Positions 1 through 8,408 of a stretch of 13,908 nucleotides of DNA are shown in pieces. The position numbers and the translations under genes were made by a program. Within the stretch, counting starts at the first letter, position 1; every line of letters starts with the position of its first letter. Under the pieces are notes generated by a model. That model was not told the DNA's origin and did not search any database. It saw only the letters and a program-made list of their open reading frames with translations. The DNA comes from an uncultured bacterium (GTDB taxonomy: Bacteria; Abyssobacteria; SURF-5): positions 1-13,908 of the forward strand of contig CAZEBC010000104.1 in the NCBI GenBank assembly GCA_964510165.1, given 5' to 3'.

Positions 1-79
1 GCCGACCCCTTTCGGTCCGCAACATTAAGCGTCCGCGGGCGCTCAACCTCTGAAACGATATGTCATTGGTGTCAGTTCC

Positions 80-2335
80 TTAGTTCTGCTGGAGCGCTTT
101 TTGGACCAGTTCCCTGAGGTCGCGTATGGAGAAGGGTTTCAAGAGGAATGCGCGGCCGCTCTCCTTAAGGAAGGATTCGGTCTCTCGCTCGATGATATCG
201 CCGGTGACAAAGATGAAGCGTTCGGCCATCTCGGGATTTTCCTTGCGGAGCGCGCGGAAGAGGCGCTTGCCGTCCATCGCGCCGGGCATCTTGATATCCG
301 TAATGACGAGGTCGTAGCTCGTTGAACCCAGCATGCGGTAGGCCGATTCGCCGTCCGAGGCGCACTCCACGGCAAACCCGTCCGAAGCGAGCACCGTGCT
401 AATCACGTCAGCCACGACCTCTTCGTCATCCACCACAAGCACTCTCGCTGCGTTTGCGCACACCGGCTCACCGTCGCATTTCGACTCTTCCTTGAGCGCG
501 AAATTCTTGCTGAGAGGAAGCGTGACGACGAACCGCGCGCCATGCTCGCAGCTTTCGTCAAGGTACAGATTCCCCTCGTGTTCCTTCACGATGCCATAGC
601 TCACGCTCAGGCCGAGGCCGGTTCCTTTGCCTACCTCCTTGGTCGTGAAGAACGGCTCGAACACCCTCGCCCTGTTCTTCGGGGCGATGCCTCCGCCGTT
701 GTCGGTGAACTCGACCTGCAGGGTGGACTGGTCGATGAGGCGAGTGACGATCCGCAGCACGCCGGGCTCGGCCCGGCCCACCATGGAATCGAATGCATTG
801 TTTATCAGGTTGAGGAACACCTGTTCCATCTGATTGCAGTCAAGAATTGCCAGCGGCGCCTCGTTCATGTACTCTTTAATTACCTCGATGCCGTTGAGCG
901 TGAAATCGTGTTCCCGGTATTCGAGGGCCCGATCTACCACTTCGTGAACATTCACCTCGGATTTTTTCAGTTCGGTCTTGCGCGCGAATGAGAGCAGCCC
1001 CTGCACGATCTTTCGAGACCGATCGACGCACAGCACGACTTTCCTCAGTAATTCCCGGGTACGCTCCGTCAACGGCTCGTGGTCAAGCAGAAGTTCGCTG
1101 TATCCCATGATGGCCGCCAGCGGATTGTTTATCTCATGCGCCACGCTCGACAGCATTTCGCCCAGAAGGGCCAGCTTGTCCGCCTGAATCAGCTTGTGGC
1201 GGGTCTCCTGCAATTCATGGATGTTCTCTTTCAGGCGCGAGATCAGGATCGAATTGTGGATGGCCAGACTTATCTGGTTGCAGATGGAGCGCAGCAGCGT
1301 GATTTCCCCTTCTTCGAAGCTTGGTCGGCTCGAGCGGCACGCCATCAGGATTCCGAAGCAGTCGTCGCCCGAGAACAGGGGAACGCCCACGCACACCGCC
1401 GGCATATGGCTGTCACCCTTGCGCGCGTTCAAACCCGTGTAGACCATCGGCCCTCTCTTTGCCATGATCTCCTTGCCGAATCGCTCGTTGAGAAGCGTCA
1501 GCGTCGGTGCGACCGGTATGCCGATCTGGCGGGTCCTGTGCGCTTTCAGCTCCATCGCGCCGCTCGGCTGCTCGTCCAGGAAAATGCCCACCGCATCTAT
1601 GTCAAACCCTCGCAACACGTTGTTGAGCGATTCGTTCAGCACGATGTCCGGGTCGAGGTTCGCGTGAAGTGATTCAGACAGCGCGATTACTATGTCCAGT
1701 TCCTTGTTTCGGTTGGTCAGGCTCTCGTTCAAGCGCCTCATCTTGTCGACCGCCACGGCATGGCTCAGGGCGAGCGCCGCCGTCGAGGCTATCAAGTTGA
1801 GCGCATGTTCCTTGCGCTTGTGGAAGGCGTGCGGTTCCGAGTTGCTGAGGTTGAGCACTCCGTGCAGTCGGTCACCGTGCACCAGAGGAAGGCTGAGCAT
1901 CGAGCGAATGCTCACCTTCTGGTCCCGGTCATTGACAAATCGGGGGTCATCGCGCGCATCGTCAATCAAGACGCTTTTCCTGTCCCTGGCGGCCTGACCC
2001 GCTATGCCCTCGCCAAGCTTGAAAACCCTCCTTGATCGGCCAACCTCTTCAAAGACGGCGCCTTCGCCTTCATAGAAGTTCCTCGCAACCAGCAGTCGAA
2101 GCTCCTGCTTGCCCTCATCATACTCCATGATCGAGGCGTTCTCCACATTCAGGGCCTCGGTGACAAACTCAAGAAGATTGCGACAAATGTCGAGGAAGCT
2201 CAGGCCAACTTTGAAGGAGTCGTTGAGACGCCTCAGTATCGACAACTCGCCGACCAGTTCCTCATAGTCGCGGGCCGCCTTCCTAAGGGCGTCAACGTAA
2301 ATTCTTTTCTCGAGATTTTCCCCGGATTCAGTCAT
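80..2335 (-). CDS. Cytoplasmic hybrid sensor histidine kinase (GAF-GAF-HisKA-HATPase-REC, NtrB-like kinase core)
   Basis: Two GAF-like segments ([36 protein letters not shown]), H-box [10 protein letters not shown]-box [11 protein letters not shown]1 DNGGGI, F-box FEPFFTTK, G2 GKGTGLGL, C-terminal receiver (VLVVDDE...ITDIKMPG...KPF). Start moved from 2602 to ATG 2335 ([10 protein letters not shown]) because the first 89 codons of the track ORF run across the AT-rich promoter region. No transmembrane segment apparent. Confidence 0.93.
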   Translation of the reverse strand: MTESGENLEKRIYVDALRKAARDYEELVGELSILRRLNDSFKVGLSFLDICRNLLEFVTEALNVENASIMEYDEGKQELRLLVARNFYEGEGAVFEEVGRSRRVFKLGEGIAGQAARDRKSVLIDDARDDPRFVNDRDQKVSIRSMLSLPLVHGDRLHGVLNLSNSEPHAFHKRKEHALNLIASTAALALSHAVAVDKMRRLNESLTNRNKELDIVIALSESLHANLDPDIVLNESLNNVLRGFDIDAVGIFLDEQPSGAMELKAHRTRQIGIPVAPTLTLLNERFGKEIMAKRGPMVYTGLNARKGDSHMPAVCVGVPLFSGDDCFGILMACRSSRPSFEEGEITLLRSICNQISLAIHNSILISRLKENIHELQETRHKLIQADKLALLGEMLSSVAHEINNPLAAIMGYSELLLDHEPLTERTRELLRKVVLCVDRSRKIVQGLLSFARKTELKKSEVNVHEVVDRALEYREHDFTLNGIEVIKEYMNEAPLAILDCNQMEQVFLNLINNAFDSMVGRAEPGVLRIVTRLIDQSTLQVEFTDNGGGIAPKNRARVFEPFFTTKEVGKGTGLGLSVSYGIVKEHEGNLYLDESCEHGARFVVTLPLSKNFALKEESKCDGEPVCANAARVLVVDDEEVVADVISTVLASDGFAVECASDGESAYRMLGSTSYDLVITDIKMPGAMDGKRLFRALRKENPEMAERFIFVTGDIIERETESFLKESGRAFLLKPFSIRDLRELVQKALQQN

Positions 2336-2392
2336 CGCGTTCGCTTTGGCATTTCGCCCGTCGAGAGAAGTGCGTCTTGCATTCGAGTAAAG

Positions 2393-2408
2393 GCAAGCAT
2401 CGTGCCAG
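2393..2408 (-). promoter_or_regulatory. sigma54 (-24/-12) promoter of the histidine kinase gene
   Basis: Minus strand reads CTGGCACGATGCTTGC, an exact match to TGGCAC-N5-TTGC, ending 57 bp upstream of ATG 2335. Confidence 0.85.
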
Positions 2409-2458
2409 TTATTTCCGTCCTCCCGATGCCGCCTGAGGTATTGACTCGTTGAGTTATA

Positions 2459-2483
2459 TAAGTGATTAATTTCTATTGACTTA
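2459..2483. promoter_or_regulatory. Putative IHF binding site(s) in an AT-rich patch
   Basis: TAAGTGATTAATTTCTATTGACTTA; minus strand AATTAATCACTTA matches WATCAANNNNTTR with one mismatch; imperfect dyad TAAGT..ACTTA; lies just upstream of the sigma54 promoter. Confidence 0.55.
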
Positions 2484-2582
2484 CAGAATAACAAGGGCAA
2501 ACGCCTGGTCTGCGCCCAGCAGCCGCAGATTGCCATATAGTCAACGAAAATGGCCAAGGCCCGGACAAATGCATAATTTTCA

Positions 2583-2610
2583 ACCGTCATTCCTCTTGAC
2601 ACATGACGGT
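2583..2610. promoter_or_regulatory. Perfect 8-bp inverted repeat (candidate operator/enhancer) straddling a -35 box
   Basis: ACCGTCAT (2583-2590) - N12 - ATGACGGT (2603-2610), enclosing TTGACA. Confidence 0.5.
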
Positions 2611-2624
2611 CCGCGAACTAGAAT
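2596..2624 (+). promoter_or_regulatory. sigma70-type promoter of the amidohydrolase gene
   Basis: TTGACA (2596-2601) - N17 - TAGAAT (2619-2624), followed by SD GGAGGA and ATG 2655. Confidence 0.8.
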
Positions 2625-2654
2625 ATGCCCCGCACCTACGGGACGGAGGACATC

Positions 2655-3851
2655 ATGACCGAGACCACAGCGCGAATACAAGAGGAAGCACGCAGGCTCC
2701 TTCCTTCTGTGATCGCGCTTCGACGCGATTTCCATGCGAACCCGGAACTCGCGTTTCAGGAGACTCGCACCTCCGAGAAAATCGCCTCCGTGCTCGCAGA
2801 CCTTGGCATCGAGGTCAGGCGAGGGATTGCCACAACCGGCCTCGTTGGCCTGGTGCGCGGCCAGGGCGGCGGCCCGACCATCGCGCTCCGAGCCGACATG
2901 GACGCGCTTCCAATCGAGGAGAACACGGGCCTTCCATTCAGCTCGAGGAATCCCGGCGTCATGCACGCCTGCGGGCACGACGGTCACATGGCGATGCTTC
3001 TCGGCGCGGCGATGCTGCTCGCTCCGATGCGCGACAAGCTAAGGGGCAACATTGTCTTCATCTTTCAGCCGGGCGAGGAAGGATACGCCGGCGCCAACCG
3101 GATGATAGAGGAAGGAGTGCTCGAGTCGGAACCGCGCATCCAGGCCGTCTTCGCACTCCATCTGGACTCGCTGTCGCCATCGGGCACACTCTCTCTCAAG
3201 GATGGCCCCATAATGGCCTGCGCCGACGTGTTCACTGTCTCCGTAATCGGGAAAGGCGGGCACGGCGCGATCCCGCAGGTTTCGATAGACCCCATTCTGG
3301 TTTCCGGCCACGTCATCACGAGCCTGCAAGCCATCGCGGGCAGACAGGTTGACCCGACCGAGCCGGTCGTGGTCAGCGTGTGTACGATTCACGGCGGAAC
3401 GGCAGTGAACATCATTCCCGACAAAGTGGACATGTCGGGCACTGTCCGCCTCTTTGACCCTCGCCTTCGAGACCGCATTCCCGCCATGATGGAAGACATC
3501 ATAAGAGGGGTCGCCTCCGCCTTCGGGGCGCGATACGACTTCAATTACGTCCGCGGTTATCCGGCCACCATCAATGACCCCTCCTTCACTCGCGTGGTCC
3601 GAGCGGTCGCAGAAAACGTGCTCGGAAAAGAACGCATCATAGAGATCGAGCGGCCCCGAATGCCCTCCGAAGATTTTTCGTTCTTCCTCGAAAAATTGCC
3701 TGGCACATTCGCGTTCCTCGGCGCCAGGCGGCCCGACGGCAGGGCCACCCCTTCGCACAGCCCCGAGTACGCCATAGATGAGTCCGCGCTCGAGGCAGGC
3801 GTAACGCTTCATGCGGCAGTCGCGCTGAAGTACCTCGGTGAAGACATCTGA
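2655..3851 (+). CDS. M20 family amidohydrolase (Acy1-like / N-acyl-amino-acid amidohydrolase)
   Basis: Motifs RRDFHANPEL, ALRADMDAL, MHACGHDGH, FQPGEEG, GKGGHG, SEDFS. Start at ATG 2655 preferred over 2625 because of SD GGAGGA and because 2625 abuts the -10 box. Confidence 0.93.
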   Translation: MTETTARIQEEARRLLPSVIALRRDFHANPELAFQETRTSEKIASVLADLGIEVRRGIATTGLVGLVRGQGGGPTIALRADMDALPIEENTGLPFSSRNPGVMHACGHDGHMAMLLGAAMLLAPMRDKLRGNIVFIFQPGEEGYAGANRMIEEGVLESEPRIQAVFALHLDSLSPSGTLSLKDGPIMACADVFTVSVIGKGGHGAIPQVSIDPILVSGHVITSLQAIAGRQVDPTEPVVVSVCTIHGGTAVNIIPDKVDMSGTVRLFDPRLRDRIPAMMEDIIRGVASAFGARYDFNYVRGYPATINDPSFTRVVRAVAENVLGKERIIEIERPRMPSEDFSFFLEKLPGTFAFLGARRPDGRATPSHSPEYAIDESALEAGVTLHAAVALKYLGEDI

Positions 3852-3853
3852 GC

Positions 3854-3906
3854 CGCAGGGGCGGCCCCAGGCGGCCGCCGCGCGCCCACATAGGGGCGCC
3901 CCTGCG
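3854..3906. repeat. Inverted pair of REP-like palindromes (REPIN-like doublet), possible terminator function
   Basis: GCAGGGGCGGCCCCAGGCGGCCGCC (3855-3879) followed by the reverse complement of GCAGGGGCGCCCCTATGTGGGCGCG (3881-3905); outer 10-bp perfect IR CGCAGGGGCG/CGCCCCTGCG. Confidence 0.7.
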
Positions 3907-3940
3907 ACTGCGGGATAGTCTGTCTCTCCGACTTTCTTCC

Positions 3941-3969
3941 TTGAAATGCCCACACTTGCCCTATATAAT
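3941..3969 (+). promoter_or_regulatory. sigma70-type promoter of the VOC gene and probably downstream genes
   Basis: TTGAAA (3941-3946) - N17 - TATAAT (3964-3969); SD GGAG before ATG 4014. Confidence 0.75.
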
Positions 3970-4013
3970 GAATCCGTCAGTATTGCTGCGGCAATTCAAC
4001 ACGGAGCAGTTCA

Positions 4014-4448
4014 ATGAACGAATCAAACAAGCCCGTCTTCGAAAAGGTCGACCAGGTCGGCATCGTCGTCCGCAACGTCGACGAATGCGTCAAACTCTAT
4101 GAACAATTCCTTGGTGAGGGGGCATTCTCAGTCGTCGAGGGAGAGGCCCCCTCAACGCTCGGTGACGGCCGCGAGGTCATCGTAAAGGGCAAACTCGCGT
4201 TCGCGCAGGTCGGCCCGATTCAACTCGAACTCATCGAGATAAAGCAGGGGCCGTCGCTTCATCTGGATTTCCTCAAGAAGCATGGCGAGGGCATACACCA
4301 CCTCGGCATGTACACCTCGACATTCGACAAGGATCTTGAGCAATTCCGGAAACGCGGCATCGGCATTCTCCAGCGGGGGCAAAGCCTGAGGCGTTACGCC
4401 TACATGGACACCAAGCCCTTCGTGCTGGAGTTGATTGAGAACATCTGA
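4014..4448 (+). CDS. VOC/glyoxalase superfamily protein (methylmalonyl-CoA epimerase-like)
   Basis: VDQVGIVVRNVD, IQLELIE, GEGIHHLG, VLELIE: the four beta-strand metal-ligand positions (Q/E/H/E) typical of this family. Confidence 0.88.
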   Translation: MNESNKPVFEKVDQVGIVVRNVDECVKLYEQFLGEGAFSVVEGEAPSTLGDGREVIVKGKLAFAQVGPIQLELIEIKQGPSLHLDFLKKHGEGIHHLGMYTSTFDKDLEQFRKRGIGILQRGQSLRRYAYMDTKPFVLELIENI

Positions 4449-4525
4449 GTAGCGCAGGCTTGTCCCGCCTGGGCGGGGCCAATTCCGCTTCCCTCTCCCT
4501 CCGGGAAAGAGTTGGGGTGAGGGGA
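4449..4525. repeat. Two adjacent REP-like elements of different families
   Basis: GTAGCGCAGGCTTGTCCCGCCTGGGCGGGG directly after the stop codon (GTAG head, CCCGCC/GGCGGG stem) and CCCTCTCCCTCCGGGAAAGAGTTGGGGTGAGGGGA (4491-4525), resembling the CCCTCTCCC...GGGAGAGGG...GGGGTGAGGG class. Confidence 0.55.
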
Positions 4526-4601
4526 AATGCACGAGAGCAGTTCAAGAAATCTTCAGTGGTATACTTCGGACGCTGTCTTCCCGAAACAGGAGGCTGAATA
4601 T

Positions 4602-5948
4602 ATGGAGATGCAGGAAGTAATCCAGAACATGTTCTATCGGGAGCCGAACCTTCCGCCCATACTCATCACGAAAACCGAAGGCATGTACGTGCACGATTCC
4701 TATGGACGGAAGCTGCTCGACGCATCGGGCGGACCCATGGCAATCAACATCGGCCATGGCCGCAAGGAGATAGCCGAGGCCGCCAAACGAGTCCTGGAGC
4801 GGACCTCTTACGTGCTGCCCGTGTTTGCGTCCGAAGCTCGTATCGAACTCACCAAACGCGTGAGAAAGATCGTGCCTCCTCAGCTCAACCGCATCTACTA
4901 TTGCTGCGGCGGCTCCGAGGCCAACGAGGCCGCCATCAAGGTCGCGCGCCAATACCACGTGGTTGCCGGAAGACCCACCAGGTACAAGGTCATCTCGCGC
5001 AAGCTGAGCTATCACGGCATGACCATCGGCACGCTCTCGCTCAGCGACATCAAGAAGCGCAAGAAGGACTTCATCCCGATGCTCTGGGAAAACCCCAAGA
5101 TTGACGCGTGCTACTGCTATCGCTGCTCCTTCGGCAAGGAGTATCCCGGCTGCAACATCGAGTGCGCCCGCCAGCTTGAGAAGAAGATACTTGAGGAAGG
5201 GCCCGAGACCGTGTCGGCCTTTATCGCCGAGCCGATTGTGGCCGCAGCCGCCGGCGCCGCCGTGCCGCCCCCCGAATATTTCCCCATCATCCGCGAGACG
5301 TGCGACAAGTATCACGTCGTCTTCATCGCGGACGAGGTCGTCACCGGGTTCGGACGCACCGGCAAGAAGATGGGCATGGACAACTTCAACGTCGTGCCCG
5401 ACATCGCCGTTTTCGCCAAGGGCGTAAGCAGCGGATACGCGCCCCTCGCGGGCATGGCCGTCAAGGACGAAATAATGTCGCTGTTTGAGGAAAACGGCGC
5501 CGAATTCCAGCATCTTTACACGTTTGCGGCGCATCCGCTCTCCTGCGCCATCGGCAACGAGGTCCAGCGAATTATCGAGCAGGAGAACCTCATCCAGCGC
5601 GCCGCCGACATGGGCAACTACCTCCATGAGAGCCTGCTCCAGCTCATCGAATCGCCCATCGTCGGCGATGTCCGCGGCAAGGGCATGCTCTGGGCCGTCG
5701 AATTCGTCAAAGACAAGAAGACCAAAGAACCGTTCCCGGCGGAGAAGAACGTCAAGATGGACATCATCATGCAGTGCATGATGAAGGGCGTGTTCTTCTA
5801 TCCGGGATACTATCAGGATGCGCAGGACCGTGGCGACCACATCATGCTCTCGCCCCCGTTCATCATCACCGAGGAACAGGTAGATTTCATGGTGGGGGTA
5901 CTCAAACAAACGCTCGAAGAGTCGCAGGAGAGGTACCTCGCAGACTGA
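4602..5948 (+). CDS. Class-III PLP-dependent aminotransferase (omega-amine/BioA-like family)
   Basis: LLDASGG, GGSEANEAAIK, SYHGMT, AFIAEPIV, FIADEVVTGFGRTG, VFAKGVSSGYAPL (PLP lysine), VGDVRGKGML. Start at ATG 4602 after SD AGGAGG; track start 4527 abuts the repeat. Confidence 0.93.
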   Translation: MEMQEVIQNMFYREPNLPPILITKTEGMYVHDSYGRKLLDASGGPMAINIGHGRKEIAEAAKRVLERTSYVLPVFASEARIELTKRVRKIVPPQLNRIYYCCGGSEANEAAIKVARQYHVVAGRPTRYKVISRKLSYHGMTIGTLSLSDIKKRKKDFIPMLWENPKIDACYCYRCSFGKEYPGCNIECARQLEKKILEEGPETVSAFIAEPIVAAAAGAAVPPPEYFPIIRETCDKYHVVFIADEVVTGFGRTGKKMGMDNFNVVPDIAVFAKGVSSGYAPLAGMAVKDEIMSLFEENGAEFQHLYTFAAHPLSCAIGNEVQRIIEQENLIQRAADMGNYLHESLLQLIESPIVGDVRGKGMLWAVEFVKDKKTKEPFPAEKNVKMDIIMQCMMKGVFFYPGYYQDAQDRGDHIMLSPPFIITEEQVDFMVGVLKQTLEESQERYLAD

Positions 5949-5975
5949 TTGCTGTGTGAAGTTGTGTATGGCTCT

Positions 5976-6000
5976 GCAGGGGCGCTCTTGTGTGGGCGCT
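5976..6000 (+). repeat. REP-like palindrome
   Basis: GCAGGGGCGCTCTTGTGTGGGCGCT, 21/25 identical to the inverted copy at 3881-3905. Confidence 0.65.
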
Positions 6001-6014
6001 AGGGATCGCTGACC

Positions 6015-6650
6015 GTGTCACACGACAGCAAGGGTCTTCCCATAACGGGCCTGTCTTCACGCCTCTACGACCGGTTCAACGAGGTCTTCGGCTTCGGAAC
6101 CAGGTTCCGTGAACGGATCGTGAATGAGGCTTCGCTGAAATCCGGCGAGCAAGTCCTCGATTGCGGATGCGGCACTGGCACGCTCGCCATCATCGCCAAG
6201 AAACAGGTGGGACCCGAAGGTGGCGTCCACGGCATTGACCTCTCCAAGGACCAACTCGCCATCGCCGCTCGCAAGGCGCGCTCGAAAGGTCTCGATATGG
6301 CCTTCCATGAAGGCTCGATTGATGAACTGCCGTTTCGCGACCGCAGCCTCGACGCCGTCTTCTGCACTCTGATGCTTCACCACGTGCCCGCCCGCGTAAA
6401 GAGAGGCGCCTTCCGCGAAATGCGCCGCGTGCTCAAGCCCGGCGGCAGGGTCGTCATCGCCGATTTCGGCCCGCCCGCTCATGCGCTCGGCTGGGTGCTC
6501 CTCGCCCCCCTGATGCTCTCGCTCCTCGCGACCGAATCCACTCGCGACAACCTCATGCATCGCCTCCCCGGCATGATGGCCGAGGCGGGCTTCAATATCA
6601 CCGACCACATGATAATCAAGGAAGCCGTTCATGTGATAAAGGCCGTGTGA
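6015..6650 (+). CDS. Class I SAM-dependent methyltransferase (UbiE/Methyltransf_11-like)
   Basis: Motif I VLDCGCGTG, GIDLS, ELPFRDRSLD, LMLHHV, EMRRVLKPGGRVVIADF; GTG start. Confidence 0.9.
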   Translation: MSHDSKGLPITGLSSRLYDRFNEVFGFGTRFRERIVNEASLKSGEQVLDCGCGTGTLAIIAKKQVGPEGGVHGIDLSKDQLAIAARKARSKGLDMAFHEGSIDELPFRDRSLDAVFCTLMLHHVPARVKRGAFREMRRVLKPGGRVVIADFGPPAHALGWVLLAPLMLSLLATESTRDNLMHRLPGMMAEAGFNITDHMIIKEAVHVIKAV

Positions 6651-6652
6651 AC

Positions 6653-7564
6653 ATGGCGTCCAAAGAGACAGCCTCTCGAGGCCGTCGCGCAATTGTAGGG
6701 GCGCCCCTACGACCGAAAGACGAAACACAGCGTGGTCCCACTCCCCTGATCTTCGGTCCGGCAGGCATACCGAAACAGGTCCGCACGCGCGACAGCGAGG
6801 CGGGCATCGCCAGGGTGAGCGAGGTCGGGCTTGATTGCATGGAGCTTGAGTTTGTGCGCCGGGTCTCGATGAGAGAACGGAAGGCGCAACGCGTGAGGGA
6901 GGCATCGCAGAAGCTCGGAGTCTCGCTCTCCGTCCACGCCCCTTACTACATAAACCTCAATTCCGCCGACCCACAAATCGTGAGAGATTCGCAAGAGCGC
7001 CTCTTCGAGGCCGGGCGCATCGGCTCCCTGTGCGGCGCGCGCAGCATCGCTTTCCATCCCGGCTTCTATATGGGGCGCCCGCCATCCGTCACGCTCGGGA
7101 ATGTGAAGAAGCGTCTCAAAGAGGTTCTCAAGCGGTGTGCGGACGAAGGCCTCGACGTACAACTCAGGCCGGAGACGACTGGCAAGCCTTCGCAATTCGG
7201 CAGGCTTGATGAAGTGCTCGCCCTCAGCGCCGAACTCGACGGCGTGCTCCCGTGCATTGACTTCGCGCACATGCACGCATATTCGGGCCGCGCGAACTCC
7301 TACGACGAATTCGCAGAGATACTCGACGCAATTCGCTCCCGCCTCGGCGCTCGCGCATTGGCGGACATGCACATCCATGTCTCAGGTATCCGGTTCGGCA
7401 ACAAAGGCGAACTCGAACACCTCGACCTGCGCGAATCGGACCTTAACTACCAGGACCTGCTCAAGGCGCTCAAGGATTTCTCGGTCGGCGGCCGCCTCAT
7501 CTGCGAAAGCCCCGACCGCGAGCCCGATGCCCTGCTTCTGAAGAATCTATATCAATCCTTTTGA
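6653..7564 (+). CDS. nfo: Endonuclease IV (AP endonuclease family 2 TIM barrel), archaeal-type
   Basis: FGPAGIP, MELEFV, SVHAPYYINLNS, FHPGFY, RPETTGKPSQFG, CIDFAHMHA, MHIHVSGI, GELEH, ICESP supply the trinuclear metal ligands. Start uncertain (GTG 6647 or ATG 6653); ~30-aa non-conserved N-terminal extension. Confidence 0.85.
   Translation: MASKETASRGRRAIVGAPLRPKDETQRGPTPLIFGPAGIPKQVRTRDSEAGIARVSEVGLDCMELEFVRRVSMRERKAQRVREASQKLGVSLSVHAPYYINLNSADPQIVRDSQERLFEAGRIGSLCGARSIAFHPGFYMGRPPSVTLGNVKKRLKEVLKRCADEGLDVQLRPETTGKPSQFGRLDEVLALSAELDGVLPCIDFAHMHAYSGRANSYDEFAEILDAIRSRLGARALADMHIHVSGIRFGNKGELEHLDLRESDLNYQDLLKALKDFSVGGRLICESPDREPDALLLKNLYQSF
6695..6710. repeat. Perfect 16-bp palindrome made of two REP heads, inside a CDS
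   Basis: GTAGGGGCGCCCCTAC is its own reverse complement and shares the G(C/T)AGGGGCG head of the intergenic repeats. Confidence 0.6.
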
Positions 7565-7589
7565 ATGTCCATGGGTCGGAGGAATAATT

Positions 7590-8321
7590 ATGGAATATGA
7601 GGCGATTGGAGACGAATACCAGCGACTGACCAGATACGTCCGCGGAGCGCTGCGCGGAGGAGAGATGTGGCGAAGTCCCCGGCCGTCACTGCGCAAAACG
7701 TACAAGAAACCGCTCAAGACCGTCCGACTCCCGGAGCCGCAGAGTGCAGGCGGGCTTCCTCTTTGGCAGGCGCTCCAGGGGCGACGTTCCGTTCGCTCAT
7801 ACAAGCGATCGCCGCTCAGGCTGGAAGAACTCTCGCAACTCGTGTGGGCCACGCAGGGAACAACCCAGGAAGTCAGCGGTTACAAGTTCCGGACCGCGCC
7901 CTCGGCGGGCGCCCTGTATCCCGTCGAAACGTATCTGCTTGTGAACCGCGTCGAGGGCCTCGCTTCCGGCCTGTATCATTACGACGCGCTCGAGGCCGAG
8001 CTTCAGCTCATCCGCGAAGGGAACTTTGGCCCCGAGGCCGCCGCCGCCGCACTCGACCAATCAATGGTGGAAGAGGCCGGCGTCGTTTTCATCTGGACCG
8101 CCATCGTCGAACGCTCGAAATGGAAATACGCCGAGAGAGGTTACAGGTACATCTATTTGGACGCCGGCCATATCGGGCAGAACCTCTATCTTGCGGCCTC
8201 CGCGCTTGGCCTCGGCTGCTGCACCATCGGCGCGTTCTATGACGATGAAGTTGACCGGCTGCTCGGCCTCGACGGCGTCACTGAGACCGCCATCTACATG
8301 GGCTGCGTCGGAAAAGTGTAA
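7590..8321 (+). CDS. SagB/ThcOx-family FMN-dependent nitroreductase-fold protein
   Basis: RRSVRSY, LSQLVWATQG, FRTAPSAGALYPVETY, GLYHY, KYAERGYRYIYLDAGHIGQNLYL, IGAFYDD; SD GGAGGA. Confidence 0.93.
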   Translation: MEYEAIGDEYQRLTRYVRGALRGGEMWRSPRPSLRKTYKKPLKTVRLPEPQSAGGLPLWQALQGRRSVRSYKRSPLRLEELSQLVWATQGTTQEVSGYKFRTAPSAGALYPVETYLLVNRVEGLASGLYHYDALEAELQLIREGNFGPEAAAAALDQSMVEEAGVVFIWTAIVERSKWKYAERGYRYIYLDAGHIGQNLYLAASALGLGCCTIGAFYDDEVDRLLGLDGVTETAIYMGCVGKV

Positions 8322-8377
8322 AGGCGAACCTCGTGTTCGCCCGGGAAGAATATCTTGGCGCTCCCTTGGTGGGCGCG
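8318..8377 (+). repeat. Two degenerate REP-like palindromes between convergent genes
   Basis: GTAAAGGCGAACCTCGTGTTCGCCC (8318-8342; stem GGCGAAC/GTTCGCC; contains the TAA stop) and GGCGCTCCCTTGGTGGGCGCG (8357-8377). Confidence 0.55.
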
Positions 8378-8408
8378 GTGACTTGGTGGTTAAGAGCACA
8401 TATGCGCG

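Noticed and set aside
1..79. Minus-strand MTYRFRG* after SD-like TAAGGA, an ATG at 25 running off the window, and a GACC-GAAAGG-GGTC hairpin suggesting a c-di-GMP riboswitch
   Set aside because: Too little sequence; the riboswitch consensus (GCAAAC...GACGCAAAGC) is not present and neither ORF can be supported.
2336..2602. 89-aa N-terminal extension of the kinase in the ORF track
   Set aside because: It runs through the sigma54 promoter and AT-rich regulatory DNA and has no domain-like character.
4542..5909. Long antisense or alternative-frame ORFs (e.g. 4542-5909 minus, 3039-3953 minus, 6057-6905 minus, 10231-11265 plus, 12656-13420 plus, 13294-13695 minus)
   Set aside because: Shadow ORFs expected from GC-rich codon bias or translated repeats; no recognisable motifs and they overlap well-supported features.
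7590..8321. SagB-type gene plus nearby methyltransferase and protease as a RiPP (azole peptide) cluster
   Set aside because: No YcaO cyclodehydratase, precursor peptide or transporter in the window; stand-alone SagB-like nitroreductases are common.
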